DNA of 64,000 nt. Origin: an uncultured Actinomycetota bacterium. GTDB taxonomy: Bacteria > Actinomycetota > Actinomycetes > Mycobacteriales > Mycobacteriaceae. Numbering within the stretch: position 1 is the first letter of the stretch; each line of letters starts with the position of its first letter. Below the pieces are notes generated by a model. The model was not told the DNA's origin and ran no database searches. It worked only from the letters and a program-made list of their open reading frames with translations. The translations under genes and the position numbers were made by a program. The DNA lies in assembly GCA_963808375.1 (NCBI GenBank), contig CAWEFS010000008.1, positions 16,116-80,115 of the forward strand, written 5' to 3'. Of the stretch, positions 58,881 through 64,000 are shown piece after piece.

Positions 58881-60461
58881 GTGCCGCCGTTCGATTGGAA
58901 ACTTCCGTACCCGTGGCCGCGCACACCTGTCCTGGCAGCCAATGCCGTGTGCACCTCGCAACCGCTTGCCGCACAAGCGGGTTTGCGGATACTCGCCGAG
59001 GGCGGCAGCGCGGTCGACGCGGCAGTAGCCACCGCGATTGCGCTGACGGTGGTTGAACCGGTGTCCAACGGCATCGGCTCCGACGCGTTCGCCATCGTCT
59101 GGGACGGCCGGCAACTGCACGGACTGAACGCGTCGGGCCGCTCACCCGCGGCGTGGACACCGGAATACTTCGGCGACGACGGTGTTCCGGCGCTCGGCTG
59201 GAATTCGGTCACCGTGCCCGGTGCGGTGTCGGCCTGGGTCGAACTGCACGCCAAATTCGGCCGGGTCCCCTTCGAGCGGCTCTTCAATGCCGCGATCGGT
59301 TATGCCCGCAACGGTTACCTGGTTTCGCCGATGGTGGCAGCTCAGTGGGCGGCGCAGGTGCCGCTGTTCGCGTCGCAGCCCGGCTTCGCCGAAACCTTCA
59401 TGCCCGGCGGACGAGCCCCACATCCTGGTGAGTTGGTGACCCTGCCCGGTCACGCCGTCACGCTCGAACAGATCGCCGCAAGCAGCGGTGCGGTCTTTTA
59501 TCGGGGAGAACTGGCGGACAAGCTGGAAGCGCATGCCGCGGCCAACGGTGGTGGGCTGCGTGCCGCCGACCTTGCCGCGCACAGCGCGGACTGGGTCGGG
59601 ACCATCAGCGCCGAGTACCGCGGTTACACCGTCCACGAGATCCCGCCGAACGGCCAGGGCATCGTGGCACTGATCGCCCTGGGCATCCTCGAGCATTTCG
59701 ACATGTCTTCACTCGCAGCCGATTCCACTGACAGCGTGCACTTACAGATCGAAGCGGTGAAGTTGGCTTTCGCCGACGCTGAGGCCTACGTCGGCGATCC
59801 GGACCACATGTCCCTGCGCGCCGAGCATCTGCTGGACCGGGACTATCTCAAGCAGCGCGCGACGCTCATCGATCCGCAGCAGGCCAAGCCGGTGTCGGCG
59901 GGCACGCCGCGCGGGGGCACGGTTTATCTCACCGCCGCTGACGCCGCCGGGATGATGGTGTCGATGATCCAGTCGAATTTCATGGGTTTCGGCTCTGGCG
60001 TTGTCGTGCCGGGCACTGGGATCGCGTTACAGAACCGCGGCGTGAGTTTCGTTGCGGCGGAAGGGCATCCCAATCAGGTCGGCCCCGGCAAGCGGCCCTT
60101 CCACACCATCATCCCGGGTTTCGTCACCCGAAACGGTGCGCCGGTGATGAGCTTCGGGGTGATGGGCGGCCAGATGCAGCCTCAGGGGCATGTTCAGATG
60201 CTGGTGCGTGTCGTCGACCACGGCCAGAACCCACAGGCGGCGTGTGATGGCCCCCGCTTTCGCTGGGTGCAGGGACTGGAAGTCTGCTGCGAGCAAGGCT
60301 TTCCGAAGTCAACGGTCGACGAACTGCAGCGGCGCGGACACCGGCTGGTCACCGTGGACGACTACAACCAGTTCGGCAGCTGTCAAGCGCTTTGGCGGCT
60401 CGATGACGGGTATCTCGCGGTGAGCGATCCCCGCCGAGACGGCCAGGCCGCAGGACTCTAG
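58881..60461 (+). CDS. ggt: Gamma-glutamyltransferase
   Basis: ORF 58881..60461 (GTG). Ntn-hydrolase autoprocessing site GGTVYL and GGQMQPQGH region. Confidence 0.9.
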   Translation: MPPFDWKLPYPWPRTPVLAANAVCTSQPLAAQAGLRILAEGGSAVDAAVATAIALTVVEPVSNGIGSDAFAIVWDGRQLHGLNASGRSPAAWTPEYFGDDGVPALGWNSVTVPGAVSAWVELHAKFGRVPFERLFNAAIGYARNGYLVSPMVAAQWAAQVPLFASQPGFAETFMPGGRAPHPGELVTLPGHAVTLEQIAASSGAVFYRGELADKLEAHAAANGGGLRAADLAAHSADWVGTISAEYRGYTVHEIPPNGQGIVALIALGILEHFDMSSLAADSTDSVHLQIEAVKLAFADAEAYVGDPDHMSLRAEHLLDRDYLKQRATLIDPQQAKPVSAGTPRGGTVYLTAADAAGMMVSMIQSNFMGFGSGVVVPGTGIALQNRGVSFVAAEGHPNQVGPGKRPFHTIIPGFVTRNGAPVMSFGVMGGQMQPQGHVQMLVRVVDHGQNPQAACDGPRFRWVQGLEVCCEQGFPKSTVDELQRRGHRLVTVDDYNQFGSCQALWRLDDGYLAVSDPRRDGQAAGL

Positions 60462-61726
60462 ACGCGGATTCTGCCTTCCGCCGCTGCCAGCGCGATGTCG
60501 GTGCGGAAGTGACTGCCTGGCAATCGGATCGAATCGACGATCTGGTAAGCAGCCTGGCGTGCCGCCACCAGATCGGCACCGGTCCCCACCACCGACAGCA
60601 CCCGACCGCCGGACGACACGACCGTCCCGTCGTCGCGGCGCGCCGTTCCGGCATGCAGCACTCCGTCGGCGTCCGCGCCGCTGATGACGTCACCGAGGCG
60701 GGGTCGGCCGGGATAGTTCTCCGCTGCCAGCACTACTGTCACCGCTGCGCCGTCTCGCCAGCGCAACTCCCCGAAGTTCGCGAGGTGACCGGTGGCCGCC
60801 GCGTGCAGCAGCTGACCCAACGGCGAATCGAGCAATGCCAGCACCGACTGCGTCTCCGGGTCTCCGAAGCGACAGTTGAATTCGACGACCGCTGGCCCGC
60901 TCGAGGTGATCGCGAGGCCGGCGTAGAGCAGACCGGAAAACGAACATCCACGTCGAACCATTTCTGCCGCAACGGGTTCCACGATCTTGCTGACAACGTC
61001 GCGGTACATTTCGATGGGCAGCCACGGCAGTGGCGCGTAGGCACCCATGCCGCCGGTGTTGGGGCCGCTGTCATCGTCGCCGACCCGCTTGAAGTCCTGC
61101 GCCGCCAGCAGCGGCACCACCGTCGTGCCGTCGACGACGCAGAACAACGACACCTCGGGGCCATCCAGGAAGGACTCCAACAGCACCGGGTGCCCGGCGT
61201 CGAGCAGTCCGGCGGCGTGCGCACGGGCGGCCGCCCGCTCCGGCGTCACGACCACGCCCTTGCCGGCGGCGAGGCGGTCGTCTTTCACCACCCAGGCCGG
61301 ATCACCTGCGGCGGGACCGAATCGGTCAAGGGCGACATCCAGATTCGCCGGGTTGTCCACGATCTCACTGGTGGCGGTGCGGACGCCGGCCGCGCTCATC
61401 ACCTCCTTGGCGAACGCCTTCGAGCCCTCGATTTGGGCAGCCCTTCTGCTGGGCCCGAAGCAGGCGAAACCGGCATCTCGCAGCGCGTCGGCCACCCCGA
61501 GCACCAGCGGCACCTCAGGACCGATGACAACCAAATCGGATTGCAGATCGCGAGCCAGTGCCACCACGTCGTCCGCAGACAGGATGTCGAGTTGATGCTG
61601 TTCGGCGATCGACGCGGTACCCGCGTTGCCGGGGGCGATCGCCAGCGCGTCCACCTGCGGATCGCGGCTCAGCGCTGACAGCAATGCATGTTCCCGAGCA
61701 CCTGAACCGATCACCAGGACGCGCAC
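60458..61726 (-). CDS. purD: Phosphoribosylamine-glycine ligase PurD
   Basis: ORF 60458..61726 (GTG). [15 protein letters not shown] and the ATP-grasp core. 3' end overlaps ggt by 4 nt (convergent). Confidence 0.95.
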   Translation of the reverse strand: MRVLVIGSGAREHALLSALSRDPQVDALAIAPGNAGTASIAEQHQLDILSADDVVALARDLQSDLVVIGPEVPLVLGVADALRDAGFACFGPSRRAAQIEGSKAFAKEVMSAAGVRTATSEIVDNPANLDVALDRFGPAAGDPAWVVKDDRLAAGKGVVVTPERAAARAHAAGLLDAGHPVLLESFLDGPEVSLFCVVDGTTVVPLLAAQDFKRVGDDDSGPNTGGMGAYAPLPWLPIEMYRDVVSKIVEPVAAEMVRRGCSFSGLLYAGLAITSSGPAVVEFNCRFGDPETQSVLALLDSPLGQLLHAAATGHLANFGELRWRDGAAVTVVLAAENYPGRPRLGDVISGADADGVLHAGTARRDDGTVVSSGGRVLSVVGTGADLVAARQAAYQIVDSIRLPGSHFRTDIALAAAEGRIRV

Positions 61727-61931
61727 GAGGCCACCTTAGCGGGCGGCGACTCCACGCTGGCGTCAAGCGGGGGGCCGGTTGTCTTGGTCGATCACATCTC
61801 CAACCGAGGGTGCTGGGTGTTGTTGTGGCCGCGCGAAGCGAATCGCTCGAAGGCGGGCACAACGGGACAATTTTGGCGCGGGAAGCACGTGACGGCTGTG
61901 ATGACGAGGTCAGCGGAGCGCTGGGATCCAG

Positions 61932-62369
61932 CTAGTCCGGCGTCTTTCCCGAATGCATCCTCAACGCGTCGTTGACGTTGGCCTTCTTGTCCTCGGCGGC
62001 ACCCTTGGCCGCAGCCCGCTTGCGCTTGGCCACCACCGTGTCGACCGCGCCGTTGAGGGCGGAGCCCAGCGGGAAGCCGAGGTAGTGGGTCAAGAAGACG
62101 GCCATCTCTTTGAGCTCAGTTTCGGTGAGTTCGTCGTTGAGCAGTGCTGCGTTGATTTGGATTTCGGCCAGGTCGCGGTTCCCGACGGCGGTCACTGCCG
62201 TCAACGTCATGATGCGCTTGTCGCGCATCGACAATCCGGGTCGGGTCCAGATCGAGCCGAAGAGGTGATCAACGGTCAGGTCGAAGTAGGGGTCGCCCTC
62301 CATGTCCGGCATTTCCCAGCCGTACACCTCGTTCATCTTCTGCAGGCCCTTGCGGCGGAGTTCGTCCAT
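61932..62369 (-). CDS. Carboxymuconolactone decarboxylase (AhpD-like) family protein
   Basis: ORF 61932..62369. CMD-family pattern (WTRPGLSMRDKRIMTLTAV...LTHYLGFP). Confidence 0.8.
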   Translation of the reverse strand: MDELRRKGLQKMNEVYGWEMPDMEGDPYFDLTVDHLFGSIWTRPGLSMRDKRIMTLTAVTAVGNRDLAEIQINAALLNDELTETELKEMAVFLTHYLGFPLGSALNGAVDTVVAKRKRAAAKGAAEDKKANVNDALRMHSGKTPD

Positions 62370-63229
62370 CAGGTCCCTTCCTCCGGGTGCGGTACGCCCA
62401 GTCCAGCCGCCAGCCTCTTGCGCGCGATCTCGGCCAGCGGCAGGTCGATCGACACCGCCTGACCCAACGCCAGCGCCAAACTCAGATCCTTCTCACCCAA
62501 GTCGCGGGCATGCGAGAAGGACTGGTACAAGAAGTTGTCCGGCTCCAGGGTTTTCATGTCGTCGCGCACCATGATGGCCCCCGGGCCGCTGGTCAGCGCA
62601 TCAGTGTGGCGCACCACCCGGCCCAGCGCCTGCAGATCCAAGCCGGCTGCCTCGGCCAGCTTCATAGCTTCACACGCTGCTGCATAGGAGGTGAACGTCA
62701 GCATGTTGCGGGCCAGCTTCATCCGGGTTCCCGCGCCTGGCTGGCCGGCGTGGATGACCAGGGACGCCCACTGCTTGAACGCCGGTTTGATCCGCTCGTA
62801 CACCGAACGCTCAGCACCCACCATGGTTGCCAGTTCGCCGTTGGCGGCCGCTGCGGCGCCGCCGCTGACCGGCGCGTCGACGACCTGGATGCCGCGCTCG
62901 TTGAGCTGTTGCGACAACTCGACGGCAGTGCTGTCACTGATGGTGGAGTGGATCGCGATGACGGTGCCCGGCTTGGCAGTGCCGGCCAGCTCGCCGACGA
63001 CGTCTCGCACTTGTTCGTCGTTGAGCACTGTGACGCTGATGAGGTCGGCGTCGGCGACGTCGGACACACTGTCAGCCAGGCCGGCACCAGCCTCGGCCAG
63101 CGGTGTCATCGCCTCGGCCCGCACGTCGTAAACCGTCACGCCGCCCGGCCAGTCCACCAGCCGCTTGGCCATCGGCGCGCCCATGTTGCCCAGGCCGATA
63201 TAGCCGAGTTTCAACTCTTCGGCACTCAT
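62369..63229 (-). CDS. NAD(P)-dependent 3-hydroxyisobutyrate-dehydrogenase-like oxidoreductase
   Basis: ORF 62369..63613 trimmed to ATG 63229 (MSAEELKLGYIGLGNMGAPMAKRL). ATGA overlap with the upstream SDR and TGATG overlap with the downstream gene. Confidence 0.8.
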   Translation of the reverse strand: MSAEELKLGYIGLGNMGAPMAKRLVDWPGGVTVYDVRAEAMTPLAEAGAGLADSVSDVADADLISVTVLNDEQVRDVVGELAGTAKPGTVIAIHSTISDSTAVELSQQLNERGIQVVDAPVSGGAAAAANGELATMVGAERSVYERIKPAFKQWASLVIHAGQPGAGTRMKLARNMLTFTSYAAACEAMKLAEAAGLDLQALGRVVRHTDALTSGPGAIMVRDDMKTLEPDNFLYQSFSHARDLGEKDLSLALALGQAVSIDLPLAEIARKRLAAGLGVPHPEEGT

Positions 63230-63975
63230 GACCGGATGATCTGTCCGCCGTCGACATTGAAGATCTGCCCGGTGATCCACGACGCCTCGTCGGACAGCAG
63301 GAACAGGCACATTCCGATGAGGTCCTCCGGAGTCCCCATGCGCGACAACGGGAGTCCCTTGACGATGTCGTCGACTATTTCCTTTGGCGTTGTCGTCCGG
63401 TTCGCCTCGGTGTCGATGGGACCGGGGGCGATGGCGTTGATCCGGATGTTGCGACCGCCCAGTTCGCGGGAAAGCTGTTGTGTCAGGCCGTTGATGCCGA
63501 CCTTGGCCAACCCGTAGAAATTGGCGTAGAGCCACGCCGCGGTGGACGACTGGTTGACGATCGCCCCGCCGCCCCGTTTGGTCATCTTCTTGTACACCGC
63601 CCGGGTGCACCACAGCGCGCCGTCGAGGTTCACGCTCATGAATCGCTTGTAATATTCCGGATCGACGCTGAGCAGGAAGTCGAGCTTCATGCCACCGAAG
63701 ATGGCCGCGTTGTTGACCAAGTAGTCGATGCCGCCGAATTCGACGAGCGTACGGTCGGCCATCGCTTTGGCCGACTCGGGATCGGAAACATCGACCGGGA
63801 TGCTGATCGCTGTGCCCCCGTCGGCGCTGATTTGTTTGGCCACCCCCTGCGCCGCCTCGTCATTGATGTCGGCCACGACAACCGCCGCACCTTCACGGGC
63901 CAGCGCTTCGGCGTAGGCCTGGCCGATGCCACCGCCGGAGCCCGTGACGATGGCGACTTTGTTCTCGAATCGCAT
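63226..63975 (-). CDS. Short-chain dehydrogenase/reductase (3-oxoacyl-ACP reductase-like)
   Basis: ORF 63226..63975. TGSGGGIG cofactor motif, NNAA, and a YxxxK-type catalytic region. AAAGGGAG Shine-Dalgarno. Confidence 0.85.
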   Translation of the reverse strand: MRFENKVAIVTGSGGGIGQAYAEALAREGAAVVVADINDEAAQGVAKQISADGGTAISIPVDVSDPESAKAMADRTLVEFGGIDYLVNNAAIFGGMKLDFLLSVDPEYYKRFMSVNLDGALWCTRAVYKKMTKRGGGAIVNQSSTAAWLYANFYGLAKVGINGLTQQLSRELGGRNIRINAIAPGPIDTEANRTTTPKEIVDDIVKGLPLSRMGTPEDLIGMCLFLLSDEASWITGQIFNVDGGQIIRS

Positions 63976-64000
63976 GTCTCCCTTTCCGCCCAGTGGCCAC

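Noticed and set aside
60415-60485. Apparent 1-nt disagreement between my hand indexing of the printed sequence and the ORF-track coordinates around the ggt/purD ends (also at the purD start, about 61725)
   Set aside because: Most likely my own reading or counting error. All other checkpoints agreed exactly, so ORF-track coordinates are used. Hand-derived coordinates near these sites may be off by 1.

Overview
High-G+C, Mycobacterium-type chromosomal core segment. I call about 70 protein-coding genes, 4 tRNAs and 2 MIRU-type tandem-repeat loci. I saw no IS element, integrase, prophage or CRISPR array. From memory, gene order is collinear (reversed, with several indels) with M. tuberculosis H37Rv Rv0830..Rv0769. 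Left to right: an ECF sigma factor; a decayed low-GC patch; a LIP-family lipase; tRNA-Phe/Asp/Glu and tRNA-Lys; a Tat-exported F420 dehydrogenase; kmtR plus a His-rich mini-protein; desA1; dus; an LCP protein; phoU facing pstSCAB; mshD; glnR; lmeA; a thioredoxin/rhodanese sulfur cluster; pabC; ygfZ; purM-purF; a membrane hydrolase/CPBP protease pair; purL; pepC; a DyP-encapsulin operon; purQ-purS; emrB; ptrB-purC; purB-cyp126-TDT transporter; an APC permease; an acyl-CoA dehydrogenase; the oxc/fadD7 oxalate pair; ggt; purD; three small oxidoreductase-type genes. Many long ORFs in the track are antisense shadow ORFs typical of GC-rich DNA, and I reject them. I found no convincing wholly novel multi-gene system such as a defence island. 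The items most worth a second look are: (1) the 34% histidine ORF coupled to kmtR; (2) an AT-rich 10-3-10 palindrome upstream of purF; (3) the uncharacterised membrane alpha/beta-hydrolase + CPBP protease pair embedded in the pur gene string; (4) a recurrent TANNNT-6nt-start (leaderless) architecture; (5) two MIRU VNTR loci in non-operonic contexts; (6) a small translationally coupled membrane ORF in the sulfur cluster; (7) a glycoside-hydrolase gene remnant next to the tRNA cluster. All family assignments come from motif and sequence recognition by eye. No searches were run.
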